The notes: generated by a model from the letters alone, not told the origin. A DNA stretch of 64,000 nt from Thermoproteota archaeon (GCA_027491435.1 JAOZFG010000004.1:160001-224000); one strand, 5' to 3'. Shown: positions 9,140 to 19,703, counted from the stretch's first letter. Translations and numbers: made by a program.

Positions 9140-11272
9140 TTGACCACGCTAATACTAACTGAGAAGCCTAAAGTGGCCAAGAGGATAGCCGGAATACTCT
9201 CCAAGGGTAAGGCCAAACAGCTAAGCTTCGAGGGAGTAAGTTACTACACCTTCGAGCTTGAGGGGGAAAGGTACTTCGTAGTACCTGCGGCTGGCCACTT
9301 GATAGAGCTGGACTTCCCCGAGGGAAAGTGGACATATCCCGTGATAGTCCCACCGGAAAGGCTGGTCATGAAGGTGATCAGGTCGAAGTACAAGTATCTG
9401 AAGGTGATAAAGAAGATAGGAGAGCTATGCGACAGGGTAATAGTTGCCACAGATTTGGACACGGAGGGAAGTTCCATAGCGCTGGAGATAATCAAGTCTC
9501 TGGGATGGGAGGGGAGCAAGGAGATAAGGAGGATGGAATTTTCATCCCTAACACCACAGGAGATCTGGCAATCCTTCAGGAACTTGAAGCCCTTCGACTA
9601 CCCGAGGGCTAACGCAGGGTGGGTCAGGAGGGTAATAGACCTAGAGTGGGGGGCCAACGTCTCCAGGGGGCTGACCTTAAGCGCTAGAAAGAGGGCCAGG
9701 GTCAAGGTCTTAAGCTCCGGAAGGGTACAAGGCCCCTCTCTGGCCCTAATAGTTAGAAGGGAGAGGGAGATAAGGGAGTTCAAACCCAGGAAGTTTTACA
9801 GAGTGGTGGCTAGGTTCAGGGGTAGCAGCGGGGAAATAGAAGCTGAGCTAGTTCCGCCCAGTGGGGATAGGATATGGGACAGGGAGTACGCTGAGAAGGT
9901 ATCAAAGGAGGTCGTGGGCAAGGAGTTCACCGCCAAGGTGACAAGGCAAGTGGTTAGAGTCAGGCCCCCACCCCCTTTCGACGGCACCGACATGCAGGTA
10001 GAGGTTAGCAGGATCACTGGCTTATCCCCAAGGCAGATAGCTGATAGGTCCAAGGGAATAGCTCAGCAACTTTACGAGATGGGCTTCATCAGCTACATAG
10101 GTACGGAGAGCCAGAAGTACCCCAAGACTTGGGGGAAAGAGGACTTCGTTAAAATGGTTCGCCTGATAGGTAAGTTTCCTCCCCTGAAAGAGGAAGCAGA
10201 ATATGTCCTGTCCAACATGAGGGACAGACCCGTAGAGGGGAAGAAGGACGATCCAGCACATCCGGCCATACACGTGGTGGGCGCGCCCTCCGGACTACAG
10301 GATCCACACTTCAAGGTATTCGAGGTAATAGCTAGGAGGAACCTGGCCACCTTGGCACCTGACGCCGTTGTGGAGAAGGCGTCCGTGGAGATCACGAACG
10401 GGCACAGGTTTAGGGTTTCAGGGTCCAGGCTCATAGAGGAGGGCTGGCTCAGGGTATACCCCTACGTTAAGAGGGAGTTCAAGGATGTCAAGGTTAAGGA
10501 CGGGGAGAAGCTCGTCTGCATATCCGCTGAGGTCAAGGAAGGCAAAACACAACCGCCCAAGAGGTACACCCAGACCTCCATAATTAAGGAGATGGAGCGC
10601 CTCAACTTAGGAACTAAGAACACAAGGGTGCAGATTCTCGACATACTTAGGGAGAGGAAGTACATAGAGGGGAGGACGATCAGGCCGACCAAGCTGGGGG
10701 AAACCGTGGTGGAAGTTCTAGAAGAGCACGTACCAGAGTTGACGAGCCCAGAGCTCACCTCAAGGCTTGAACAGGCGATGAGGGAGATAGAGCTGGGCAA
10801 AAGGGATCCTAACGAGTTTGTAGCTCAGACCTTGGATCAGATAAGGGAGATAATGAATAAGTTCAAGGAGAGGGAAGAGGCCATCTCAGAGAAGCTAGCC
10901 GGCGCCTTGTCAGAGTTAAAGAAGGGCGACTCCGTTGGAAAGTGTCCTAAGTGCGGGAGCGACCTAGTGATAAAGGAGAGCAGGTATGGGAGGTTCGTAG
11001 CCTGCTCAGCCTATCCTAAGTGCGACGTAAAGTTCCCGCTCTACCCAGGGGAGAGGGTGCTCAAGTCAAGGTGTGAGTGCGGCCTGCCATTGGTCTCCGG
11101 AAAGGTGAAGACCAGGTCAGGTCAAATAAGGTATAGGAGATGCCTGGGTAACTGTGAGAGGTCTCCTTTAAGGTGCTCTAAATGCGGAGGGGTCATGATT
11201 CCGAAGATGGGCAGGTACGGGCTCTTCCTCAAGTGCACGAAGTGTGGTTCCGTGAACTCGGTAAGCCAATGA
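9140..11272 (+). CDS. topA: DNA topoisomerase I (type IA) with C-terminal Zn ribbons
   Basis: ILTEKP, ATDLDTEG, SSGRVQ, ISY, HPAIH, CPKC repeats; start TTG 9140 after SD AGGTGA. Confidence 0.95.
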   Translation: MTTLILTEKPKVAKRIAGILSKGKAKQLSFEGVSYYTFELEGERYFVVPAAGHLIELDFPEGKWTYPVIVPPERLVMKVIRSKYKYLKVIKKIGELCDRVIVATDLDTEGSSIALEIIKSLGWEGSKEIRRMEFSSLTPQEIWQSFRNLKPFDYPRANAGWVRRVIDLEWGANVSRGLTLSARKRARVKVLSSGRVQGPSLALIVRREREIREFKPRKFYRVVARFRGSSGEIEAELVPPSGDRIWDREYAEKVSKEVVGKEFTAKVTRQVVRVRPPPPFDGTDMQVEVSRITGLSPRQIADRSKGIAQQLYEMGFISYIGTESQKYPKTWGKEDFVKMVRLIGKFPPLKEEAEYVLSNMRDRPVEGKKDDPAHPAIHVVGAPSGLQDPHFKVFEVIARRNLATLAPDAVVEKASVEITNGHRFRVSGSRLIEEGWLRVYPYVKREFKDVKVKDGEKLVCISAEVKEGKTQPPKRYTQTSIIKEMERLNLGTKNTRVQILDILRERKYIEGRTIRPTKLGETVVEVLEEHVPELTSPELTSRLEQAMREIELGKRDPNEFVAQTLDQIREIMNKFKEREEAISEKLAGALSELKKGDSVGKCPKCGSDLVIKESRYGRFVACSAYPKCDVKFPLYPGERVLKSRCECGLPLVSGKVKTRSGQIRYRRCLGNCERSPLRCSKCGGVMIPKMGRYGLFLKCTKCGSVNSVSQ

Positions 11273-11309
11273 GAATTTATTTTAACGCCATTATTTTTCC
11301 CGTGATAGC

Positions 11310-12263
11310 ATGACCTCGGAACGGCAAGACGAGCTGGTTGTCATAGCTCTGGGAGGGAACGCTTTGCAGAGGTACGGGCAGAGGGGCACCTTTGAGGAGC
11401 AGCTGGAGAACGCTCGAGTTACCGCCAAGCAGATAGTGAGACTCATAAGAAGGGGCTACAGGGTAGTGATAACCCATGGGAACGGTCCTCAAGTGGGGGC
11501 TATCCTGCTACAACAAGAGCTGGCCAGCGAGCAGGTCCCCCCTATGCCCCTCCACGCCTGCGGCGCCATGAGTCAAGGGCTGATAGGCTACATGATACAA
11601 CAATCCCTGATAAACGAGCTCAGGGCTCAAGGGATGGAGGTTCCAGTGGCCACCGTGATAACTCAGGTGCTGGTTAGGGAGGACGACCCCGCCTTCAAAA
11701 ACCCGACGAAGTTCGTGGGTCCCTGGTTCAGTGAGGAGATGGCGAAGAAGAAGATGGCTGAGGGCTGGCTGATGAAGTACGACGTCGGTAAGGGGTGGAG
11801 GAGAGTTGTACCTTCGCCTGACCCGATAGCCCAGGTGGAGGTAGAGGCCATAAGGAGGATGGTAAACTCAGGCATCGTGGTCATAGCATCTGGCGGCGGG
11901 GGAGTACCAGTGGTGGAGAAGATGGGTGAGCTCAGGGGGGTAGACGCCGTGATAGACAAGGACTTAGCCGGAGAGAGGCTAGCCACTCTTTTAGGGGCGA
12001 ACCTCTTCGTGATATTAACTGACGTGGAGAAGGTAGCCCTTAACTACAAGAAGCCTAACGAAGTTTTGCTGGACGTCATGAACGATGAGGAGGCTGAGAG
12101 GTATTACAGGGAGGGGCACTTCCCTCCAGGAAACATGGGGCCCAAGGTTCTAGCGTCAATAAGGTTCGTTAGGAACGGGGGTAGGATGGCGATAATAACA
12201 AAGCTCGACAAACTGCTAGAAGCTTTAGACGGCAAAACTGGGACGAGGATAGTCCCTAAGTAA
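11310..12263 (+). CDS. arcC: Carbamate kinase
   Basis: [43 protein letters not shown]. Confidence 0.95.
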   Translation: MTSERQDELVVIALGGNALQRYGQRGTFEEQLENARVTAKQIVRLIRRGYRVVITHGNGPQVGAILLQQELASEQVPPMPLHACGAMSQGLIGYMIQQSLINELRAQGMEVPVATVITQVLVREDDPAFKNPTKFVGPWFSEEMAKKKMAEGWLMKYDVGKGWRRVVPSPDPIAQVEVEAIRRMVNSGIVVIASGGGGVPVVEKMGELRGVDAVIDKDLAGERLATLLGANLFVILTDVEKVALNYKKPNEVLLDVMNDEEAERYYREGHFPPGNMGPKVLASIRFVRNGGRMAIITKLDKLLEALDGKTGTRIVPK

Positions 12264-12522
12264 CGTCTGGCACGTCGTCGGTTATGTCCCTCTCCCTGAG
12301 CTGCCTAATCTTCCAACCCTCTATCTCCGGGAGTATGTAGGGCAGCACCCTGAGCACCAGAGGGGTAGACATTATGGGGAGCCCCAAGAATTCGCCCAAC
12401 AACAAGAGGTTTATGGCATCTTTCCTCTTAACTGCCTCCTCCTTAGTCTGCAGGTAGATGTCGAACAGGAAGAGGCCGAATAAAAACTCCTTGACGGCCT
12501 TCCAGAACTTCTGCCAGTTAAT
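12256..12522 (-). CDS. Small protein missed by the ORF track (88 aa, [18 protein letters not shown]...[33 protein letters not shown]...); apparent ATT start
   Basis: Open frame fills the gap between arcC and the upstream gene; SD GGAGGTGA at 12529-12536 lies 6 nt before ATT; in-frame TGA three codons upstream of the ATT. Confidence 0.7.
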   Translation of the reverse strand: MNWQKFWKAVKEFLFGLFLFDIYLQTKEEAVKRKDAINLLLLGEFLGLPIMSTPLVLRVLPYILPEIEGWKIRQLRERDITDDVPDVT

Positions 12523-12967
12523 GGCAGATCACCTCCACCCTGTCGAATATGTCCATCAAGTCATATTTAGTCTTCCCCTTGAACTCGATTTTTATCGTTC
12601 TATTGGTCACGTTACAGTAGTAGAGAATTACCAAAGCGTCTTTCTTGTCTAGGAAGCCCTTCTTCCCCCTGAAGTACCTGGCCACGTGTCCGCCAACGTA
12701 TGTGGTCCCCTCATCCTCAACCTTTATCCCCGGGGACATGCCCCTCAACCCAGGCCTTATCACAACCTTCATGTCAAGGGCATAGTCCCTGCCTACCAGG
12801 AGGTGGTAGCTCTCCCCATAAGTAACCAGAAAGCTCTTCCTGTCGTAAGAGGTCACGTCGGAGCCGTAAGCGGTAGGGAGAACCCTCACGTCATCCGGCA
12901 CCATAACCTTGAGGAATTCAACAGTACCGACCAGCGAGTTGACGGCCCTGAGGAACACCTCCCTCAT
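12518..12967 (-). CDS. Hypothetical protein
   Basis: ORF with SD AGGTGG 5 nt before ATG 12967; stop overlaps the next start. Confidence 0.7.
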   Translation of the reverse strand: MREVFLRAVNSLVGTVEFLKVMVPDDVRVLPTAYGSDVTSYDRKSFLVTYGESYHLLVGRDYALDMKVVIRPGLRGMSPGIKVEDEGTTYVGGHVARYFRGKKGFLDKKDALVILYYCNVTNRTIKIEFKGKTKYDLMDIFDRVEVICH

Positions 12968-13002
12968 AGAAACCACCTTAAGTTACCGGGGCCTCAACCC
13001 AT

Positions 13003-13482
13003 ATGTACGAGTTGGAGATTATAATAGCTCTCTCGGCCGTGCTCACCGGCTGGTACTTTATAGGCCTTAGGATGAACAGGAGGTTAACTGAAAGGGTGTG
13101 GAAGTCAATTTTAGAACAGTTAGAAGACTACACACCCTCGGTTACCGCCAGGGAGTTGGGAACTTCAGGCTTCATAGCGGTGGCCGACTCCCCAAGGGGA
13201 GTGTTCACCAGGATGGAGATGGCCTTCGTCTGCCTTCCCAGAGACATACTCATAAATTATCTGATATCGAAGGCTATAGGGAGAGTAGACCTCTTTTCTC
13301 TCAAGGGAGATGTCAAAAATCCTAAAGATTTAACTGACAAGATAAAGGACCTGGAGGGGCTGGTGCTACGGTACTCGGTCAAGACCGCGAGGCCCCACGT
13401 CACCCTGGTGCTGTCAGCTGAGCAGGTGCTGAAGGGCAACCTCAGGAAAGCTTTAAAGGTCTTAGAAGGCGCTCTAGCCTAG
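13003..13482 (+). CDS. Hypothetical single-TM protein
   Basis: N-terminal TM helix; typical codon usage. Confidence 0.7.
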   Translation: MYELEIIIALSAVLTGWYFIGLRMNRRLTERVWKSILEQLEDYTPSVTARELGTSGFIAVADSPRGVFTRMEMAFVCLPRDILINYLISKAIGRVDLFSLKGDVKNPKDLTDKIKDLEGLVLRYSVKTARPHVTLVLSAEQVLKGNLRKALKVLEGALA

Positions 13483-14022
13483 CAACTCCCGCCTGAAGTC
13501 CTCACTTAATCTCCTAACCTCTCCCTCATCCTCGGCCTTGGAGTAAGCTTCAAGCCTCTCCTCGTTTATCCTGTAGAATTCGGGGCCCCACTTAAACGCG
13601 GACAGAACGCGCCAGCCCTCCTCATAGAAGCCAGTGATGAGCAGGGCTGCAGCGATGGCCTCGGCCGTCGACAGGTACTCTGGCAAACCGTAGTTTATCG
13701 GGTTAGCTGCTACAAGGAATGGGAGCCTCCGGGAGGGGGTTCTGGGCCACCTGACCTCATTAATCCTCCTCCAAGAGGCATCTATGGCCAGTATGCCTCT
13801 TTTCCTGATAATTTCTCCGTCTCTGGGGGATATTAGCCTTAAAGAAAGTGGGTTGAGGGTTAAGGGGGAACCCCTCATGAACTTCAGGGCGATCCCCAAC
13901 CTTAAGAGCCTAGCCCCTGTAGCCTTCTTGGGGTCGTCGTGTTTCAACCTTATAACGTAAATCCTAACTTCACTTGAGCTTCTCGAGTACGATGAAGGTG
14001 ACCGTGTTTTCAACTCCCTCAA
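13474..14022 (-). CDS. tsr3: 16S rRNA aminocarboxypropyltransferase Tsr3 (true start probably near 13968/13962)
   Basis: DDPKK, IDASW, RRLPFLVAANPINYG, LSTAEA, FKWGPEF...N motifs. Confidence 0.9.
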   Translation of the reverse strand: MRELKTRSPSSYSRSSSEVRIYVIRLKHDDPKKATGARLLRLGIALKFMRGSPLTLNPLSLRLISPRDGEIIRKRGILAIDASWRRINEVRWPRTPSRRLPFLVAANPINYGLPEYLSTAEAIAAALLITGFYEEGWRVLSAFKWGPEFYRINEERLEAYSKAEDEGEVRRLSEDFRRELLG

Positions 14023-14212
14023 TTCCCCTCAGGTCCTCAATAACCCTGGCAAGCTCGTAGGTATTGGAGGCCTCAACCCTTAGCAGGAAGTCAAACTCCC
14101 CGGTGACGTAGAAGACTTCCTTTATCCTCTCGTGGTCGGGTAGGGCATTTTTAAGGTTTGTGGTGCTAGCAGGCCTGACGCTCACGGCAATAAATGCCTC
14201 CACCACGTTCAC
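13970..14212 (-). CDS. Stand-alone Lrp/AsnC ligand-binding domain protein
   Basis: EVFYVTGEFDFLLRVEA...IEGVENTVTFIVL. Confidence 0.85.
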   Translation of the reverse strand: MNVVEAFIAVSVRPASTTNLKNALPDHERIKEVFYVTGEFDFLLRVEASNTYELARVIEDLRGIEGVENTVTFIVLEKLK

Positions 14213-14253
14213 CCCCGCTCTCTTCTGATAGTGATCAGGAGTCCCATTTAAAC

Positions 14254-14628
14254 TTACTTTTGAACCTCCGTCGCTTGCAACCTCTTTATCTCAGAGATAA
14301 CCTCTTTCATATCTAATACCGGCCCCCTGAACACCCTGTCTCCCACTATTATAGAGACGCCCTTGTTGAGCCTGTACCTCAGCGCCAGCAGCACGCCCCT
14401 GAGTGAGTCCAGCCCCACCACCTCGAGCTTTATTGAACTGCCAAACTCGCTTAAATCCCTGTAAATTCTAAGGAGAAGTTTGTAATTCTCGATCATCCAA
14501 TCAGGGTATTCGGACAGCTGCCTTCTCTTCTCCTCCGTCAGGCTTGAAGCGTAATCGTACGTGCAGCAAGAGGCGACCATCGAGTAAAGAGTTGGGAAAA
14601 TGCCTACCACAGTAACCCTGACTGGCAC
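14254..14628 (-). CDS. Hypothetical protein (thioredoxin-like size, CC motif)
   Basis: SD GGAGGTGA 5 nt before GTG 14628. Confidence 0.65.
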   Translation of the reverse strand: MPVRVTVVGIFPTLYSMVASCCTYDYASSLTEEKRRQLSEYPDWMIENYKLLLRIYRDLSEFGSSIKLEVVGLDSLRGVLLALRYRLNKGVSIIVGDRVFRGPVLDMKEVISEIKRLQATEVQK

Positions 14629-14663
14629 ACAAATCACCTCCCACTGTATCCCTTTTCATTATT

Positions 14664-15656
14664 TTATTCCTCTGAACCCAGCAATGTGGCGTAGGGGTCT
14701 GTTATCTCATTAGGGGGCTCGAAGACCTCGCCTCCCTTTAGCAGGTATCTGCCCTCCCTCACAATCTCGCCTATCACTGAGGCGTTGTACCCGTGGTACC
14801 TGAGGTTCTCAATTATGAACCTAATCGGCCTATGCCTGCTAACTATGACGATTAAGAGCCCTGAGCTGGAGGAAGCTAGGGGGTCAAACCTGTACTCCCT
14901 AGACAGGAGCTCGAGCTCCCGGGGGTACTCCACCCTGTCCACCCACACCCTGTAACCCAGACCGGTGGCACCCCTTATGTCCTCTAAGACCCTTAAAAGC
15001 CCGCCTTCAGCCCCGTCTTTTACGAATGACGGATCTACCATTGAGTAAACCAAGAAAGCCTTGTCTATAGCCGTTAGCATCCATCTAGCCCTCATCCACG
15101 GGGATGGGTCCACGCCCAACTTCTCTAGCATATCCGGCTTGAAGTTAGCGACCCCGTATAGGAGCTCGGCCCCCACGTATCCTACTTGTAGGATCAGGTC
15201 CCCCACCCTGACGTCCTCCGGGGACACGTAGTGTCTAGTCTTGCCCACCAGTGTGACGACTACCACGGGCTCCTTAATCGATTCATACCTGCCGGTGTGA
15301 CCCGTCACGACAGATGTGTTGTAGAGGAAGGACTGCTCGTGCAGGCCTCTAGCTATGGAGAGGGCCACCTCGTCCCCGGCCTCGGGAGGCAAGAGTATGG
15401 TGCTGGTCAGAAGGTAAGGGACTGCGCCAGACGAGGCGATGTCGGAGGCGGGGAAGTGAAAGGCGAAGAAACCCAGATCCCTGACTGGAACCCCAAGAGA
15501 GGGATCGCAGGCGTAAACCCTGTACTCCTTTCCCTCCTTAACGACGCCAACGTCCGTGTAAGGATTAGGAGGCACCAAGACCTCATCCCTAGGGTACCCG
15601 CTGTACTCAACTATGCCCTCAAGTAGCTTCCTGTCAGCCTTCCCCAGCTTAGGCAT
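14664..15656 (-). CDS. AIR synthase-related (HypE/PurM-like) protein
   Basis: GK, D.GVV, CDP, SDIASSGA, TGHT, KDGAEGGL, DPL..SSSG motifs. Confidence 0.8.
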   Translation of the reverse strand: MPKLGKADRKLLEGIVEYSGYPRDEVLVPPNPYTDVGVVKEGKEYRVYACDPSLGVPVRDLGFFAFHFPASDIASSGAVPYLLTSTILLPPEAGDEVALSIARGLHEQSFLYNTSVVTGHTGRYESIKEPVVVVTLVGKTRHYVSPEDVRVGDLILQVGYVGAELLYGVANFKPDMLEKLGVDPSPWMRARWMLTAIDKAFLVYSMVDPSFVKDGAEGGLLRVLEDIRGATGLGYRVWVDRVEYPRELELLSREYRFDPLASSSSGLLIVIVSRHRPIRFIIENLRYHGYNASVIGEIVREGRYLLKGGEVFEPPNEITDPYATLLGSEE

Positions 15657-16206
15657 CGGCAACTACCTTTAGGCACAAATCCACATAAGCTTTATACCTA
15701 AGCGGGGGAAGTATTGCCACTCCCGGAGATACAGAGGACATCGGCGAGAATATTGCCAGTTTGGAAGTCTCCAGCTCAGCTTCAACGAATTCAACGATCC
15801 AATCGCCACTCTTCAACTCCTCCATAATCCTTCTTATGGCTCTCTCAACTGAAGCGCTGTCCAACAAAATCCTAACCTTCATGCCCAAGGGCGTGATCGA
15901 GACGGACTGCACAAAGTCCCCCCTACTGGCAGCGATTTCCTCAACCTTTCCTAGCCTGTCCTCACTGATCTCCAGTACAGCTTCTATGGCCCCTATGTAG
16001 TGCTCCGACTCGACGAACTCCACTATCCTGCCATATCTCTCATAAGACTTCCTGGCATCATTCAGCAGGGTTTTCATCCTGCTCTCGACGTAATGAGGGT
16101 CGATTACGACGGTTATTCTAGCAGCCTGAAAGTTGACGTCTACCTCTATTATCTCATCCCTCTCAGCGAGGGATTTAGCGACCTCCGCAATTTTCAACGG
16201 GTTCAT
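15649..16206 (-). CDS. Hypothetical protein
   Basis: Operonic ORF with overlapping start/stop junctions. Confidence 0.65.
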   Translation of the reverse strand: MNPLKIAEVAKSLAERDEIIEVDVNFQAARITVVIDPHYVESRMKTLLNDARKSYERYGRIVEFVESEHYIGAIEAVLEISEDRLGKVEEIAASRGDFVQSVSITPLGMKVRILLDSASVERAIRRIMEELKSGDWIVEFVEAELETSKLAIFSPMSSVSPGVAILPPLRYKAYVDLCLKVVADA

Positions 16207-16802
16207 TCCTCCTCTACCTCCTCATGGTGATGCACGTGAACGGGGGTGCACTCCTCTTTAGTGGACAGGAAGAGGGATATCTCAAGGTGATCGCCATGAA
16301 GCTCGTAGCCTATAATAGAGAATGACTTGACTGTATCGGGGAGCATTGATACGATCTCGTAACAAGCCTTTATAGTTAGCCCACTAAGGGACCCTTTAGG
16401 GTAAATTAGCGACCCAACCTTATCTCCCTTGATCTCAAGGCTTCCCATAACGTGTCCTAGCTCCCCTATTTTCCTGAGGAAAGTGTCCAGCTTATCTCTA
16501 GGGAATTCCACATAAGCCCAAGCGTCCAACTGCTCTTCACTGACACCTCGCTCCTTAACCTCTCCTATTCCCTTGAACGCCTCATCTAAGCCAGCTATCA
16601 CATTTTCAAGGTCCTCTGACTTCTCTGTAAGGCTGAGCTTTTTCCTCAAAGTCATGATGTAAAGGCCTTCCTCCTCTGGGTCCTTGGTCAGCTCAACACT
16701 TTCAAATGAGAACTTGGTCTTAATATCATTCATCGACTTGATCAACACGGATGTGGCGCCCACAAGAGGGAGGTCCCTAATGTTACATATAAAACCAACC
16801 AA
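16203..16802 (-). CDS. Hypothetical protein with His/Glu-rich C-terminus
   Basis: Long ORF ending ECTPVHVHHHEEVEEE; ATGA overlap with next gene. Confidence 0.65.
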   Translation of the reverse strand: MVGFICNIRDLPLVGATSVLIKSMNDIKTKFSFESVELTKDPEEEGLYIMTLRKKLSLTEKSEDLENVIAGLDEAFKGIGEVKERGVSEEQLDAWAYVEFPRDKLDTFLRKIGELGHVMGSLEIKGDKVGSLIYPKGSLSGLTIKACYEIVSMLPDTVKSFSIIGYELHGDHLEISLFLSTKEECTPVHVHHHEEVEEE

Positions 16803-16976
16803 CGTGTTTCAATCAAAGTCAAATAGACATCATGCGAGCTCTTATTACTTATCTTTTTGAGTTTATGGATGAGTGGTTTATTAATTTGGGTAGCTGAAGC
16901 GCCGTCGAGAGCTATTGTTTGACTATAGGGACTTCAGAGATTATTTAATAAGCTGTTCTCACCATTCAAACTGGAA

Positions 16977-17489
16977 ATGAGCCCAAACATAGATAGTTAC
17001 ATGAAGTTGATGTTTGCCAAAGATAGGCAGATAATGCAAATTTCAGCAGATAAAGGCGAAGATGTCCTGGAGAAGCTAAACGAACTGAGGGGCAGGAAAC
17101 TATTCGTTTTAATTAGCAGGGCTAATGCAACCCTTCTGGGCTATGTTCTGGACCTCAGGGAGGAGTACCTAGCTAAAAAGGTGAGAGTAAGGAAGAAGAA
17201 GCAAATGATAGACTTAGTTAAGTTCTTAATCAATAGAATATCCATAGAGGCCTCTGAACTGTCCCCTAAGTACGTGATAATTTACAGGACAAATGACCTA
17301 GTTCCTAGGGTTAAGAGGATACCTTTTATTATGGTAGAAAGGATGATGTGGGGGATCTTAATCTCTGGGCTCAGGTTCACTCCTTTTAGGTACATTCTAG
17401 TCACGGAGGAGGGAAGCCCACCCTCTAGGGACCTTTACTGGTACGTGGATGCTTACCTCAGGACTAAACCCCTTGAAGTCGTTCTCTAA
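16977..17489 (+). CDS. Hypothetical basic protein
   Basis: 170-aa ORF downstream of an AT-rich TATA-like stretch. Confidence 0.6.
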   Translation: MSPNIDSYMKLMFAKDRQIMQISADKGEDVLEKLNELRGRKLFVLISRANATLLGYVLDLREEYLAKKVRVRKKKQMIDLVKFLINRISIEASELSPKYVIIYRTNDLVPRVKRIPFIMVERMMWGILISGLRFTPFRYILVTEEGSPPSRDLYWYVDAYLRTKPLEVVL

Positions 17490-18077
17490 TCAATTCCTCT
17501 CCCAGGCCACATAAACTACTAGGCCCAGAACTACAGCTAGGGCTAGAGGGTCCAAATACATGGAGATGACCTCCCAGTTATCCCTCAACACCATGCCGGA
17601 GTAAACCAGGGCGAGGTTCCAGGGTACGGAGCCGAGTACCGTTAGCAAGGTGAACTTGATCAAGTCCATCCTAGACAAGCCAGCTGGTAGCGAGATTACG
17701 GTCCTTACAGCGGGTAGCACTCTGCCAAAGAACACGGCCAGCTCCCCTTGTTCATCAAATAACTTCCTCGCCTTTCTCAGGGACTTTCCGAAGAGGAAAC
17801 TGAGCTTCCTCTCTACAGGATCCCAACCGATTTTAGCGCCTATTAGGTATATCGCAAGTGAACCTATCAGGTTTCCTAGGACGCCGCTAGTCACAGCGAG
17901 CCAGAAGTCCATCTTGCCTTCATACACCAGGAATCCGGCGAAAGGCATGATGACCTCACTGGGTATTGGAATGAGAGCGCTCTCCAAGGCCATCAAAGTA
18001 ACGACTAGCGGGTAAGAACCTCGCTCCACCAGCTCTACTATGAGCTCTACCACAGGCTCTACTAAAGACACACTCAC
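17490..18077 (-). CDS. DedA family membrane protein
   Basis: LESALIPIPSEVIMPFAG; FFGRVLPAVRTVISLPAG. Confidence 0.9.
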   Translation of the reverse strand: MSVSLVEPVVELIVELVERGSYPLVVTLMALESALIPIPSEVIMPFAGFLVYEGKMDFWLAVTSGVLGNLIGSLAIYLIGAKIGWDPVERKLSFLFGKSLRKARKLFDEQGELAVFFGRVLPAVRTVISLPAGLSRMDLIKFTLLTVLGSVPWNLALVYSGMVLRDNWEVISMYLDPLALAVVLGLVVYVAWERN

Positions 18078-18109
18078 TACTGTTATAAGAACATAAAAGC
18101 CTATTGGAT

Positions 18110-18871
18110 ATGCTCTATCACCTGGGAATTGATAGAGGAGATCTGCCCCCTAGGGTTCTCTTGCCAGGTTCTAGGCCTAGAGTGGGGAGGATCAAGGAAG
18201 TGATTAGAGGGGAAGTGATTTCAGATGGTAGGCAACTAGTTGTAGTGGGAGAATATGAGGGAAAGGAGGTGGCAGCGGTAGATACGGGAATGGGGCCCTC
18301 GTCAGCCAGCATAGTAGTTAGAGAAGTTATAGAAGCTATTGGCGGCAAGGGCGTGCTTATAAGGCCTGGAACCTGCGGAAGCTTACAACCTCACGTAAAA
18401 GTAGGGGACCTTGTGGTATCGTCGAGCGTAGTTGCAGATGACGAAGTGTCCAAGATGATAGTGGGCCCAAACTACCCGTTATGCGCATCCAGGGAGGTTG
18501 TAGACGCCTTAGTGAGGTCATCCAGTGACTTGGGATATGTGCTGGGAAAGAACTTGCACTTAGGGGTGACCCACACTAAGCCTTCCCTGTACGAGTTTGA
18601 GGTGCCCGATCTCTCAGCTGACCCTGAACGAATGATGGAGCGCTTAAGGTCACTAGAATCTCTGGGAGTCTTGGCTACAGAGATGGAGTGCTCTATTTTG
18701 CTTGCACTCTCAACGAGGTATAACTCGCTAGGAGGTAAGCTCCTGTCCGGTTGCGTACTGCTGGTGGTGTCTGGATATTCTCGGGATCATAGGAAGATAC
18801 CCTTTGAGCCGGTAAGCGATATCGACCTGATAAGGGCGTCTCTATCTGCAATTACCTCGCTTGACATATAA
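18110..18871 (+). CDS. Uridine/purine nucleoside phosphorylase family
   Basis: YHL, LLPGS..RV, TGMGPSS, IRPGTCGSL, ATEMEC. Confidence 0.85.
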   Translation: MLYHLGIDRGDLPPRVLLPGSRPRVGRIKEVIRGEVISDGRQLVVVGEYEGKEVAAVDTGMGPSSASIVVREVIEAIGGKGVLIRPGTCGSLQPHVKVGDLVVSSSVVADDEVSKMIVGPNYPLCASREVVDALVRSSSDLGYVLGKNLHLGVTHTKPSLYEFEVPDLSADPERMMERLRSLESLGVLATEMECSILLALSTRYNSLGGKLLSGCVLLVVSGYSRDHRKIPFEPVSDIDLIRASLSAITSLDI

Positions 18872-19238
18872 GCTACTTATTTTAGAGAAAATATACCTGC
18901 TGGCCTGTTACTTGGGCTGCACAAGCCGTTAGGCCCTTTTTCAAGCCCGTAATTTTATTCTATGACTACATATTATTAATTATAATAACACCAAATAAGA
19001 GGTTGAAAATAGGAATATTAATAGATTATTAGTCTAATTTATTTATTAAATAAGGCGATACCATGATCTAGGTAACTTATAAATCGGTATTTTATGAAGT
19101 ATTTATAGGTCAAATATCCATCGTATACTATACTATGAAAAGTAGCAGTCTAATAATCAAATTTCACATATACTCTTCATAATCTGGAAAAAAGATTATA
19201 TATAAGTTGGAGCAGGTAACTATAAGGAGGTGAAATCT

Positions 19239-19703
19239 ATGAAGGCCGGAATCTCCAGGGTAGTTGTGGAGGTCATAATCCTAGTGATAGCTGTAGCCCT
19301 AGCGTTGCTGATCTTCTCGCCCATAGGCAGCTACATATTCGGTTCGCTTGGAAGGACCTCTGCCGTTGGTGGAAGCACCACCATAAGCGTGCTTAATGCC
19401 AACATAGACAGTAGCGGGAACCTTAACCTTTACGTGAAGAACATGGGACCCAACTCCATAGACGGAACCACTGCTACTAGCGCTGCGAGCTGGCAGATAT
19501 TCGTTGACAACAACGCCTGCACCATCGGTGGGACCATAAGCCTTAACGACGGCAACAGCAACGGCCTCTGGGACAAGGATGAGACCTTAACCATCCCGAG
19601 CATAACTTGTAGTGGTTACACGCTCTCCTCCACTGGCTCCTACACAATAGTAATCTACGGTCCTGAGGGTACTCAGACTGAGTACCTGTACAGGGGTGGC
19701 TAA
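19239..19703 (+). CDS. Archaeal type IV pilin (class III signal peptide)
   Basis: MKAG|ISRVVVEVIILVIAVALA; SD GGAGGTGA 5 nt before ATG; Ser/Thr-rich head with two Cys. Confidence 0.8.
   Translation: MKAGISRVVVEVIILVIAVALALLIFSPIGSYIFGSLGRTSAVGGSTTISVLNANIDSSGNLNLYVKNMGPNSIDGTTATSAASWQIFVDNNACTIGGTISLNDGNSNGLWDKDETLTIPSITCSGYTLSSTGSYTIVIYGPEGTQTEYLYRGG

Noticed and set aside
13960-14022. Non-canonical start for tsr3 (GTT/ATT near 13968-13962)
   Set aside because: An in-frame TTG at 14022 exists and no clear SD discriminates, so it cannot count as independent evidence.
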